Shown here piece after piece: positions 1 to 10,910 of a stretch of DNA of 64,000 bases (position 1 is the first letter of the stretch; each line of letters starts with the position of its first letter). Position numbers and translations under genes: made by a program. The DNA is from an uncultured cyanobacterium. Lineage in GTDB: Bacteria; Cyanobacteriota; Cyanobacteriia; PCC-6307; Cyanobiaceae. The stretch spans positions 480,001-544,000 of the forward strand of contig CAVXWZ010000011.1 of assembly GCA_963765575.1 (NCBI GenBank). The letters are read 5' to 3'. The notes beneath the pieces are model-generated. The model had not been told where the DNA came from. It searched no databases and saw nothing but the letters and a program-made list of their open reading frames with translations.

Positions 1-395
1 ATGGCCTCGAGCGTCTGGCCATGTATCTGCAGGACGTGGAGAGCATCTGGGATCTCTCCTGGAACGGCGTGCGCAGCTACGGCGACATCTGGCTGCCCTT
101 CGAGAAGGGCCAGTGCACCTACAACTTCGAGGCCTCCAACCCCGAGCGGCTGCAGCAGCTGTTCGCCCTCTACGAGGCCGAGGCCGGCGATCTGGTGGAG
201 CGGGGCCTGCCGGCCCCGGCGCTGGATTACGTGCTCAAGTGCAGCCACACCTTCAACCTGCTGGAGGCCCGCGGCGTGATCTCGGTGACCGAGCGCACGG
301 CCACGATCGGCCGCATCCGCGTGCTGGCCCGCCAGGTGGCCGAGGCCTGGCTGGCGGAGCGGCAGGCGCTGGGCTTTCCGCTGCTGGCGGGGTGA
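1..395 (+). CDS. glyQ: Glycine--tRNA ligase alpha subunit, 5'-truncated by the window edge
   Basis: [12 protein letters not shown]...YNFE...[24 protein letters not shown] is the GlyQ C-terminal signature. Confidence 0.95.
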   Translation, partial: GLERLAMYLQDVESIWDLSWNGVRSYGDIWLPFEKGQCTYNFEASNPERLQQLFALYEAEAGDLVERGLPAPALDYVLKCSHTFNLLEARGVISVTERTATIGRIRVLARQVAEAWLAERQALGFPLLAG

Positions 396-646
396 TTGAG
401 CCCCGCCGGCAGCGCTGGCTGCAGCACGGGCTGCGGCTGCAACGTTGGCTGCGGCGGGGGCAGCCGCGGCGCGGCTTGCTGGCAGCGGTGCTGCTGCTGG
501 GCAGCTTCCAGCTCGGTCGGCTGAGTGAGCGCAACCGCCTGCCCTGCCGCCTGCGGCCCCTGGCGCCGCTGGTGGAGCCGCTGCTGGGCCGCAAGCTGCC
601 CAGCCCCCAGCTCTGTGATCTGCTGCTGCGCCTGCCGCCGTTCTGA
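392..646 (+). CDS. Small hypothetical protein (84 aa) with one hydrophobic segment
   Basis: GTG overlaps the glyQ stop (GTGA); host-like CTG-rich codons; [15 protein letters not shown] hydrophobic stretch. Confidence 0.55.
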   Translation: MIEPRRQRWLQHGLRLQRWLRRGQPRRGLLAAVLLLGSFQLGRLSERNRLPCRLRPLAPLVEPLLGRKLPSPQLCDLLLRLPPF

Positions 647-650
647 AGAG

Positions 651-695
651 CGGCCACCGGCTTTGGGCTACGGCCACCGGCTTTGGGCAGCGGCC
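651..695. repeat. Tandem 20-bp direct repeat, 2 copies plus a partial third
   Basis: cggccaccggctttgggcta / cggccaccggctttgggcag / cggcc, in the gap upstream of comEC. Confidence 0.85.
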
Positions 696-739
696 CGGGC
701 GGGGGGGGGCAACCCTGAACCCCTGGCTGTCGTGAGGGG

Positions 740-2734
740 ATGGGGGCGCGCACGCTTAAGGGAATGGTCTGGGCCCTGCTCCTGGCCCTGGTGCTGGTGC
801 GGGCGGTGCTGGCGAGCCTGCAGCCGCTCACCCCGGCGGCCGGCGATCCAGCCCTGGCGCTCGCGGGCCAGCGGGGTGCCCTGCCGGTGCGACTGGAGGG
901 CCGGCTGCTGGCCGACCCCCGCGCCTTCGGCGACGGCCGCGACGAGCGCTGCACGGCCCTGCTGCAGCTGCCGGTGGGCCGCAGCGAGCTGCAGTTCAGC
1001 CCCTGCCCCCAGCCGCCCCTGCGCCAGGGCTGGCGGCTGGCGGTGCACGGTCAGTTGCGCCGGCCCCGGCCGGCGCCCCATCCCCTGCTGGGGGGCCCCG
1101 CCGAGCGGCTGGCCCGCCGCCAGGCCGCCAGCCAGCTGCGGGTGGAGGGCTTTGCGGTGGTGGCCCGCCCCGCCACGCCCGTGGCCGACCTGCGCCGCCA
1201 GCTGGCTGGCCGGCTGATGGAGCGCGCCGGGCCGGAGCGGGGCGGTGTGCTGGCGGCCCTGGTGCTGGGTGGCGCCGTGGTGCCGTTGCCGGCGGAGGTG
1301 CGTGAGCTGTTCCGGGCGGCCGGTCTCTCCCATGCCCTGGCCGCCTCTGGGTTTCATCTCAGCGTGCTGCTCGGGGCGGTGCTGCCCCTGGCCCGGCGGC
1401 TGCCGCGGGCCCCCCGGCTGCTGCTGGCCTTCGGGGCGATGGGCCTGTTTGTGCTCCTGGCCGGTCTGCAGCCGTCGGTGCTGCGGGCGGTCTTGATGGC
1501 GGCGATCGGTGTGCTGGTGCTGGAGTGCGGCCAGCGGGGACGCCCCCTGGCGATCCTGCTGGCCAGTGCCCTGCTGCTGCTGCTGATCTGGCCCCGCTGG
1601 CTGGCGGAGGTGGGCTTTCAGCTCAGCGTCACGGCCACCGCCGCCCTGGTGCTCTGCGCCGGACCGCTGGAGCAGGCGCTGCGCCTGCGCCTGCCATCCG
1701 CCTGCCCCGGCTGGCTGGCGGGTGCCACCGCCGTGCCCCTGGCCGCCTGCCTCTGGACCCTGCCGCTGCAGTTGCTCCACTTCGGCGTGGTGCCCCTGTA
1801 TGCCCTGCCGGCCAACCTGCTGGCGGCGCCGCTGCTGACGCCGCTCACCCTGGGGGCGATGCTGCTGGCCCTGCTCAGCCTGGTGCTGCCGCCGCTGTTT
1901 GGCCTGCTGCTGCCACCCCTGGCGGCCCTGGCGGGGGTGCTGCTGGCGATTGTGCGCGCGGTGGCGGCCCTGCCCATGGCCCAGTGGCAGCTGGGGCGCC
2001 CCACACCGTTGCTGGTGGCGCTGCTGGCTGCGGGGCTGCTGGGCCTGCTGTGGCCGGGCCTGGCGCGGCGCTGGCGGCGTCTGGCGCCGGCCCTGGTGGC
2101 CCTGGCCTGCGGGCTGCATCTGGCCCAGCTGCAGGCCGACCAGCTGCTGTTGGTGCACCAGGGTCGCCGCGACCTGCTGCTGGCGCGCCACCGGGGCCGC
2201 GCCGCCCTGGTGGCCCTGCAGGCCGATGGTTTCAGCTGTCATCAGGCCGCCCAGCTGGCCCGGGGCCTGGGGGTGGCCCGTTTCGACTGGGCCCTGCTGC
2301 TCGATCCGCTGCCGCCGGCGGCGCCCGCCTGCTGGGACGAGCGGGCGGGGCTGGTGCTGGCCAGCTCCGATGGCAGCCCGCCGCTGCTGCCCGGCCAGCG
2401 CCTGCGCAGCCCCGGCCTCAGGGCCGAGGCCATCGCCATGGCCAGCCGGGGCCTCTGGCTGGAGGTGGGGCGGCGGCGCTGGCTGCTGCTGCCGGATCGC
2501 CAGGACCTCTGGGCCTGGCGCGATCAGCAGCGCCGGGCTCCCCGGGATGGGCGCCGCCAGGGGGCCACGGCCGATGGCCTCTGGCTGGGCTTCCATCCGG
2601 GGCCCCGGGAGCGTCAGTGGCTCGCCGAGCGGGGCCCCGAGCACGTGTGGATCAGTGGCGCGCCCCAGTCGTGGACTCCCCCCAGCTGGCGGGCCAGCGG
2701 CCGCAGCGGCTGGCTGCAGCAGACCCTGAGCTGA
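740..2734 (+). CDS. comEC: ComEC/Rec2 family competence membrane protein
   Basis: FRAAGLSHALAASGFHLSV, PSVLRAVLM and GFQLSV motifs; many transmembrane segments. Confidence 0.9.
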   Translation: MGARTLKGMVWALLLALVLVRAVLASLQPLTPAAGDPALALAGQRGALPVRLEGRLLADPRAFGDGRDERCTALLQLPVGRSELQFSPCPQPPLRQGWRLAVHGQLRRPRPAPHPLLGGPAERLARRQAASQLRVEGFAVVARPATPVADLRRQLAGRLMERAGPERGGVLAALVLGGAVVPLPAEVRELFRAAGLSHALAASGFHLSVLLGAVLPLARRLPRAPRLLLAFGAMGLFVLLAGLQPSVLRAVLMAAIGVLVLECGQRGRPLAILLASALLLLLIWPRWLAEVGFQLSVTATAALVLCAGPLEQALRLRLPSACPGWLAGATAVPLAACLWTLPLQLLHFGVVPLYALPANLLAAPLLTPLTLGAMLLALLSLVLPPLFGLLLPPLAALAGVLLAIVRAVAALPMAQWQLGRPTPLLVALLAAGLLGLLWPGLARRWRRLAPALVALACGLHLAQLQADQLLLVHQGRRDLLLARHRGRAALVALQADGFSCHQAAQLARGLGVARFDWALLLDPLPPAAPACWDERAGLVLASSDGSPPLLPGQRLRSPGLRAEAIAMASRGLWLEVGRRRWLLLPDRQDLWAWRDQQRRAPRDGRRQGATADGLWLGFHPGPRERQWLAERGPEHVWISGAPQSWTPPSWRASGRSGWLQQTLS

Positions 2735-2761
2735 GCGCTTCGTAGAGTGGCCGCGGCACCT

Positions 2762-2846
2762 GGAGAGGTGGCTGAGTGGTCGAAAGCGAACGACTCGAAA
2801 TCGTTTGAAGGGCAACCTTCCGTGGGTTCGAATCCCACCCTCTCCG
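2762..2846 (+). tRNA. tRNA-Ser(CGA)
   Basis: GGAGAGG/CTCTCC acceptor stem; anticodon arm AACGA-CT-CGA-AA-TCGTT; long variable arm; GGTTCGAATCC T-arm. Confidence 0.97.
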
Positions 2847-2975
2847 TTTCCATCACCCCGCTCAGCACTCCCGGGCCTGCCGCCGTTGTCAGCCCCCGGT
2901 GGTGCAGATCCCGATCCGGCCCCCCTGGAGTGTCCTGGGGCGGCAGGGCAGCATGGGCTCCCGTTTCTCTCCGCC

Positions 2976-3926
2976 GTGACCCTCGCCTTTCTGGGAGACA
3001 GCACGCTCGATTTCGGCAACCTCAACGCCTCGGCCCGGTCGCTGGGCGAGCGCCGGCCCTTCCGCAATGGGCGCTACGACGGCGGCGGCAATGTCAAGGC
3101 CTCGGATGGCTTCGTGCTCGGCGAGCAGCTCGCGCGGCGTCTGGGGGCCGGCAGTCGCCGCTCACCGGCCCGGCTGCGATCCGCCGAGCTGATCAACCTC
3201 TCCGATCGACCGCTGAGGCGGGGTCTGCGCGACAAGGATGCCAACGCCGAGGTGTTCAATTTCGCCTACGCCGGTGCCACCAGTGGTGGCCGTGGCTCCA
3301 CCACCGCCGGCCTGGATGAGTTCCGCATCGGCCTCAAGCGCCAGGCCGCCACGCTGACCAAGGCAGCCCGCTTTGTGCCGCCTTCCAAGAACCTGGATCT
3401 GGTCATCAGTGGCGGCACCAATGACGTCTTCGATTATCTCGACAGGAACGAGGGCAAGGTGAGGCGGGCGATCCTCACACCCGGCACCCGGGATGAGCGC
3501 CGGCTGGCAACGGGTGTGGCGCGTCAAGTGGTCACCAATATCGAGGATAGCCTTGATTCAATTACAGGTCTTTATGATGAAGCCTTGGTGATCGGCACCA
3601 CCAAGCTCAGTGCCCTGCCCAGGATTCGCGAGGCCTCCAAGGGCTTTGGGCGGGTGCCACTGCTGGGGGGATCCCTGACAGCACGGTTCAAGAAATTTGT
3701 GGACAGGATCAGTCGAACGATCAACGAAGATCTTGAGGAAATCTATAATTCCAATGACAGGAATGGGGTCTTTGTGGTCAACGGCATCGATACCTGGAAC
3801 GACCTCTCGAAGAAGCCAGGCTTCGTTGACAACATTCACCCCAACTCCCGCACCAACGGCCGCCTGGCTGATCTGGTGGCGTCCCAGATCCGAAAAACCT
3901 CTGCCCTGGACAGCTTCGGTTTCTGA
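2976..3926 (+). CDS. SGNH/GDSL-family hydrolase (lipase/esterase)
   Basis: Blocks FLGDSTLDFGN, NFAYAGAT, GGTND and DNIHP. Start uncertain: GTG 2976 is used because the ORF-track start at 2805 lies inside the tRNA. Confidence 0.85.
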   Translation: MTLAFLGDSTLDFGNLNASARSLGERRPFRNGRYDGGGNVKASDGFVLGEQLARRLGAGSRRSPARLRSAELINLSDRPLRRGLRDKDANAEVFNFAYAGATSGGRGSTTAGLDEFRIGLKRQAATLTKAARFVPPSKNLDLVISGGTNDVFDYLDRNEGKVRRAILTPGTRDERRLATGVARQVVTNIEDSLDSITGLYDEALVIGTTKLSALPRIREASKGFGRVPLLGGSLTARFKKFVDRISRTINEDLEEIYNSNDRNGVFVVNGIDTWNDLSKKPGFVDNIHPNSRTNGRLADLVASQIRKTSALDSFGF

Positions 3927-3934
3927 ATCGGGTC

Positions 3935-4282
3935 TCAGATCACCTTGGAGGCGGCGAAGGCATCGGTGATTTCGTACACCGACCAGCCGTGCAGCAACAG
4001 GTGACGCACGAACAGGGAGGCTTCAGCGTCGCCTGCAAACATCCGCTCTTCAATCGTCTGAGCGGGCTCGGTCACTGCCGCCTTGAGGTGGTGCATGGCG
4101 CAGTAGTCCCTGGGGCTCGTGTAGTAAACGACCCACTTGCCCCGGTAGGGGGCTCCGCAGTCGCGCAGGCTGATCAGGGGCGTCATGGCGTCCCAGGTCA
4201 TGGGCTCCAGGGCGTTGCTGAGGGCGCTGGTCAAGGCGGAGGCTCGGCCAGCCGCCTCAAGGACGGAATCAGAGATCAGCAT
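3935..4282 (-). CDS. Hypothetical protein (115 aa)
   Basis: ATG-start ORF converging on the hydrolase, with globular-looking composition; no family recognised. Confidence 0.6.
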   Translation of the reverse strand: MLISDSVLEAAGRASALTSALSNALEPMTWDAMTPLISLRDCGAPYRGKWVVYYTSPRDYCAMHHLKAAVTEPAQTIEERMFAGDAEASLFVRHLLLHGWSVYEITDAFAASKVI

Positions 4283-4388
4283 CGGGCTCAGGGGGGGTGG
4301 CGGATGGGGAGGCAGGCAGGGTCTGGGTTCAGTGGCGCAGGGCTCCCGTCAGAGCGGGATGGAGCCATGGCTTGGGTCTGAACAGGTG

Positions 4389-4422
4389 GAGCTCTGAAAG
4401 GCCGCGAGCTCTGAATGGCCGC
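4389..4422. repeat. Tandem 17-bp direct repeat
   Basis: gagctctgaaaggccgc / gagctctgaatggccgc. Confidence 0.85.
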
Positions 4423-4466
4423 CTGACTTGTGGATCCAGCCAAGGTCGAATCGGCCCCTGTTCTCT

Positions 4467-4480
4467 GTAGGGATCACTAC
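4467..4480. promoter_or_regulatory. Possible NtcA box (GTA-N8-TAC)
   Basis: GTA-gggatcac-TAC in a divergent intergenic region; no -10 element at the canonical ~22 nt spacing. Confidence 0.25.
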
Positions 4481-4562
4481 CAACGTCATGGCTTGTGATC
4501 CCAGGGCCAGCCCCCTCGGCGCCGCCCCTCCAAACTGAGACCAGATCGCTTGTGCTGGCTGG

Positions 4563-4892
4563 ATGGCCTGGTTTGTGAAGATCGAAGAGGGCATCGTCGA
4601 GAAGGCCCGCTTCGACGCGGTGGTGCCGGCCCACCTGGCCTGGCTGCAGGAGCTGGAGCGGCAGGGGCATCAACCCCGCAGCGGCTACTGGGCTGACCGG
4701 CGGGGCTGCAACGGCGAAGGGGCCGGCGGCATGTTGCTGTTCTGGGCCGCAGACTGGGCCCAGGCCGACCACCTGGTGCGCAGCGATCCGCTCATCCAGG
4801 CCGACTGCGTGCGCTGGAGCCTGCACGAGTGGCGTCTGGTGCACGGCGAGCTGCCGCTCAGGAGTGGAACAGCAGCACCAGGCCGGAGCTGA
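4563..4892 (+). CDS. YciI family protein
   Basis: PAHLAWL...SG...GGMLLF...DPL pattern; about 100 aa. Confidence 0.8.
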   Translation: MAWFVKIEEGIVEKARFDAVVPAHLAWLQELERQGHQPRSGYWADRRGCNGEGAGGMLLFWAADWAQADHLVRSDPLIQADCVRWSLHEWRLVHGELPLRSGTAAPGRS

Positions 4893-5100
4893 GCTGGTGG
4901 AATTCCCGCTCCTCCCGGCTGAGGTCGAGCCCCACCTGCAGTCCCTCCTTGAGGGCGTCGTCGAAGGGCGGTGAGGTGGGAGGGGCACCGGCGTTCCAGA
5001 GAGCGGCGATGCCCACCGGAGTGGCATGCCAACGAAACCGCTGTGTCGTTCCGATCTCCGGCTCGCTCAGGGCGGCTTCCAGAAGTTCGCGAATCGGCAT
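4858..5100 (-). CDS. Small hypothetical protein (80 aa)
   Basis: MPIRELLEAAL...GLDLSREEREFHQ...LLFHS; coding-like codon use; downstream of cbiB. Confidence 0.7.
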   Translation of the reverse strand: MPIRELLEAALSEPEIGTTQRFRWHATPVGIAALWNAGAPPTSPPFDDALKEGLQVGLDLSREEREFHQLSSGLVLLFHS

Positions 5101-5149
5101 GGTTCCCCGGACCCGAAGGCAGCTTCGGCAGGGCTGGGCGACCGGGCAA

Positions 5150-6136
5150 TCAGCTGAGAGCTTTCGTGATGAAGGCGGCCCCCAGCAGCCACACCAGCGT
5201 CAGGCGCCGGCTGAGCGCCAGCATCCGCTCCACCGCGGCGCGGTCTGGAGCCGGCTCGCCGGCGGCCAGCAGTGGTTTGCGCTGCAGTTCGCCCCCGTAG
5301 TGATTGGCGCCACCCAACTGCACGCCCACGCTGTGGGCATAGGCCGCCTGGGACACCCCCGCATTCGGGGAGGGATCGGGCGCCCCATCCCGCAGGGCGA
5401 GCCGCAGCCCGGACCACACCCCCCCCAGGCCCCGGCCGGCGGCCAGCGGCAGGCTCAGGGCCACCAGGCGGCAGGGCAGCCACACCAGCAGATCGTCCAG
5501 CCGGGCTCCAGCGCTGCCCAGCCAGGCCAGGCGGCCGCGGCGGTAGCCCAGCATCGAATCGAGGGTGCTGGCCGCCTTGAACCCCCAGGCCAGGGCCAGG
5601 GGCCCCGGGGCGGTGGGCACCAGCGTGGCCAGGGCCGCCCCCAGCAGCATCCAGAACAGGGGCGCGAACAGGCCATCCACGCCGTTTTCGCTGGCGGTTT
5701 CGGCCAGGGCCCTGAGGATCTCGCCGCCGCTGAGCTGGTGGGTGTCGCGGCCCACGATGCCGGCCAGGCGTTGCCGGGCGGGCCCCAGATCCTCGGCGCT
5801 CAGGAGCTTGAGCACGCCGTTCACGGCGTCGTCGAGGCTGCGGCCGGCCAGGGCGCTGGCCAACCCCACCACCACCACGGCCACCCCCACGGCGCTGTGG
5901 GCCGCCCAGCGCTCCAGCAGCCAGCCGGCAGCCCCGCTGAGCCCCACCACCAGCCCGGTGATCGCCGCACCGGCGCAGCGCAACCGGCCGGGCCGATCGC
6001 CGGCCCAGCCCTCGGCCAGCCGCCGCAGGCGCTCAATGCTCCAGCCCATCACCTGCACCGGATGCAGCCAGCCCAGCGGATCGCCCAGGACTCGATCGAG
6101 CAGGGTGGCCAGCAGCACCTGCAGCAGCAGCGCCAT
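5150..6136 (-). CDS. cbiB: Adenosylcobinamide-phosphate synthase CbiB/CobD
   Basis: GDP...HPV, IVGRDT, ETASENGVDGLFAPLFW, STLDSMLGY and SPNAG motifs. Confidence 0.93.
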   Translation of the reverse strand: MALLLQVLLATLLDRVLGDPLGWLHPVQVMGWSIERLRRLAEGWAGDRPGRLRCAGAAITGLVVGLSGAAGWLLERWAAHSAVGVAVVVVGLASALAGRSLDDAVNGVLKLLSAEDLGPARQRLAGIVGRDTHQLSGGEILRALAETASENGVDGLFAPLFWMLLGAALATLVPTAPGPLALAWGFKAASTLDSMLGYRRGRLAWLGSAGARLDDLLVWLPCRLVALSLPLAAGRGLGGVWSGLRLALRDGAPDPSPNAGVSQAAYAHSVGVQLGGANHYGGELQRKPLLAAGEPAPDRAAVERMLALSRRLTLVWLLGAAFITKALS

Positions 6137-6140
6137 CGCT

Positions 6141-8248
<2,108 letters not shown>

Positions 8249-8300
8249 TTACGCAACGCCCCCCGTTCCCGGCCCCAGCCCAGCAGCTGGGCCGCGGGTC

Positions 8301-8903
8301 TCAGGCCTCGCTGGGGTGGGCGATCACCCGGTCGATCAGGCCGTACTCCTTGGCTTCGGCGGCACTGAGGAAGTAGTCGCGGTCGGTGTCCTTCTCGATC
8401 TTCTCGAAGGGCTGGCCGGTCATGTCGGCCATGCTGTGGCTGAGCATGTCCTTGATGCGCAGGATCTCCCGCGCCTCGATCTCGATGTCGCTGGCCTGGC
8501 GCTGGCTGGTGCCCCCCAGGGGCTGGTGGATCATGATCCGGCTGTGGGGCAGGGCCAGGCGCTTGCCCTTGGTGCCGGCGCCGAGCAGGAAGGCTCCCAT
8601 GCTGGCCGCCAGCCCCACGCAGATCGTCACCACCTCACTCTTGACGTACTGGATCGTGTCGTAGATCGCCAGGCCGGCGGTCACCGACCCGCCGGGGGAG
8701 TTGATGTAGAGGTAGATCGGCTTGGAGTTGTCATCCGAATCCAGATAGAGCATCTGGGCCACCAGGGCATTGGCCACCGCGTCGTTCACCTCAGAGCCCA
8801 TGAACAGGATGCGCTCCACGCCCAGGCGGGTGTAGATGTCGACCCAGCGCTCGTACTGGCTGCCGGGCAGGCGGTAGGGAACGCTGGGGGTGCCGATGGG
8901 CAT
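8301..8903 (-). CDS. clpP: ATP-dependent Clp protease proteolytic subunit (ClpP3 type)
   Basis: YINSPGGSV, catalytic Ser in GLAASMGA, and MIHQP. Confidence 0.95.
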   Translation of the reverse strand: MPIGTPSVPYRLPGSQYERWVDIYTRLGVERILFMGSEVNDAVANALVAQMLYLDSDDNSKPIYLYINSPGGSVTAGLAIYDTIQYVKSEVVTICVGLAASMGAFLLGAGTKGKRLALPHSRIMIHQPLGGTSQRQASDIEIEAREILRIKDMLSHSMADMTGQPFEKIEKDTDRDYFLSAAEAKEYGLIDRVIAHPSEA

Positions 8904-8976
8904 GGCTGGGTGCGGGGTGGTGGTGAGGTGGTGGTGAGGAGCTGAACTGTGGAGGGCTGAGGTCCCTGAGCAGGGC

Positions 8977-9675
8977 TCAGCCGATGCCGGCGGGGCTGCG
9001 TTCGGCGGCCAGAGGAACGCCGTTGGGCAGGTCTTTCTGGCTGGTGAGCACGCGGTCGATCAGGCCGTACTCCCTGGCCTCCTCGGCGGTGAGGTAGGTC
9101 ATGCGGTCGGAGTCCTTGCCCAGCTGCTCCACGCTCTTGCCGGTGTTATGGGACAGCATCTCCAGCAGGGTGTGCTTGTTGTGCAGCACCTCCTTGGCCC
9201 GGATCTGGATGTCGGTGGCCTGGCCGCGGGCACCGCTGCGGGGCTGGTGCAGCACGATCGAGGCATGGGGCAGGGCCGCCCGCTGGCCCTTGGCGCCGGC
9301 GCTGAGGATCATCGCCGCCGTGCCCATGGCCTGGCCGATGCAGATGGTGTGCACCGGCGGCTTGACGTAGCGGATCGTGTCAGCGATGGCGAAGGCCTCG
9401 GTTTCGAAGCCGATGGCGTCGCCGGTGAACCAGGAGGTGCCGGTGGAATTGATGTAGAAGAAGATCGGCTTGTCGGGGTTGTCGAACTCCAGATAGAGGA
9501 GCTGGGCAATGATCAGCTCGGTCACGTCCACGCCCATCTGGCGCTTGGCGTCGTCGTCGCTGAACAGCGGCAGGCCCAGGTAGACGATCCGCTCCTTGAG
9601 CAGCAGCGACGGCAGATCCGGCGGCGGGGTGCGCATTACGGCGGAATCGCCGTAGTAGGGGGCTGACACCGACAT
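8977..9675 (-). CDS. clpR: Non-catalytic Clp subunit ClpR
   Basis: [27 protein letters not shown] lacks the catalytic Ser; directly upstream of clpP. Confidence 0.9.
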   Translation of the reverse strand: MSVSAPYYGDSAVMRTPPPDLPSLLLKERIVYLGLPLFSDDDAKRQMGVDVTELIIAQLLYLEFDNPDKPIFFYINSTGTSWFTGDAIGFETEAFAIADTIRYVKPPVHTICIGQAMGTAAMILSAGAKGQRAALPHASIVLHQPRSGARGQATDIQIRAKEVLHNKHTLLEMLSHNTGKSVEQLGKDSDRMTYLTAEEAREYGLIDRVLTSQKDLPNGVPLAAERSPAGIG

Positions 9676-9707
9676 CCGCAGACCTTGTTCTGGCACTGGA
9701 TCGGAGC

Positions 9708-10811
9708 CTAGCGGGGCCTGCCCGAAGCCCGCTCCCCCCGGCTGCGGTTGTGCTCCAGCTGGGCGAACACGATCCGGCCGGTGGGGTTCTGCAGCGCTCC
9801 GGTGATCACCACCGGCAGGCGCTCGCCCAGGCGGCCCCTGGCCCCTTCCACCACCACCATGGTGCCGTCGTCCAGGTACCCCACCCCCTGCTCGGCCTCC
9901 TTGCCGTCGCGCACGATCTTGAGCTGCAGCTCATCGCCCGGCTGGACCTCGGGCCGCAGGGCGATCACCAGCTCGCTGAGGTTGAGCACCTTGATCTCCT
10001 TCACCTCGGCCACCTTGGCGAGGTTGTAGTCGGCCGTGAGCAGGGTGCCGCCGGTGTCGGCGGTGAGGGCCTGGAGCTTGTCGTCCACCCCCTTGCCCTC
10101 GTAGCGGGTGCTGTTCACCACCAGCCGCCGGCCGTAGGCCTCGCGCAGCTGGCTGAGCAGCTTGAGGCCACGGCGGCCCCGGGCGCGCTTGTCGGCGTTG
10201 CCGGAATCGGCCAGGGCCTGGAGTTCGTCGATCACGCACTGGGCCACGATCACCTGGCCCTCCAGCAGCCCGGAGTCGAGCAGGCCGCGGATGCGGCCGT
10301 CGATGATCACGCTGGTGTCGAGGATCTTGGCGCTGGCCGGCTGCAGCACCCCCTCGGCCACCAGCAGGGCCTCGGTGCTGCTGGGGTTGAACAGGCGCAG
10401 CAGGGTGCGGCCATGCACCTCGGCCAGGTTGTAGCCCGACACGCCGAAGAAGACGTTGCTGAGCACCGCCGCCAGCGGCTTGATGAAGATCACCTCCCAG
10501 GGCAGCGGCAGCAGCAGGATCGGCGCCAGCAGCAGGTTGGCCACCAGCAGGCCCAGGATCAGGCCCACGGCGCGGCTCACCAGCAGGTCGGTGGGCATCG
10601 AGCGCACCTGCTGCATCAGGCGGCGGCGCAACTGGCTGAAAAAGAACCCCGCCAGCAGGCCGAAGAAGGCCCCAAAGCCCGCCAGCACGGTGCGCAACTG
10701 CTCCGGGTTGTTGACCTGCACCAGCAGCGACTCCGGCAGCAGCTCCACGCCCAGCCAGCCCGCCGCCGCCCCGGAAACCAGGAACAGAATCAGGATGAGG
10801 GAGTCCACCAT
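9708..10811 (-). CDS. Membrane-anchored PIN/TRAM domain protein
   Basis: N-terminal TMs; KILDTSVIIDGRI (PIN); GKEAEQGVGYLDDGTMVVVE (TRAM). Confidence 0.9.
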   Translation of the reverse strand: MVDSLILILFLVSGAAAGWLGVELLPESLLVQVNNPEQLRTVLAGFGAFFGLLAGFFFSQLRRRLMQQVRSMPTDLLVSRAVGLILGLLVANLLLAPILLLPLPWEVIFIKPLAAVLSNVFFGVSGYNLAEVHGRTLLRLFNPSSTEALLVAEGVLQPASAKILDTSVIIDGRIRGLLDSGLLEGQVIVAQCVIDELQALADSGNADKRARGRRGLKLLSQLREAYGRRLVVNSTRYEGKGVDDKLQALTADTGGTLLTADYNLAKVAEVKEIKVLNLSELVIALRPEVQPGDELQLKIVRDGKEAEQGVGYLDDGTMVVVEGARGRLGERLPVVITGALQNPTGRIVFAQLEHNRSRGERASGRPR

Positions 10812-10910
10812 TCCCGTCGCCCCGATGTGCTGTCCGCTCAGGCAGGCAGCATGCCTGAAACCCGGGCCCTTGGCCGGCAGGGGTAACCGCACTTGATCGT
10901 GTCCGCACAC

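Noticed and set aside
2805..2975. ORF-track N-terminal extensions overlapping RNA genes (SGNH from 2805, argD from 29069, panB from 12963)
   Set aside because: They run through tRNA or SRP RNA genes; downstream starts are more plausible.
8977..9675. ClpP paralogue lacking the catalytic Ser
   Set aside because: This is the known cyanobacterial ClpR partner of ClpP3.
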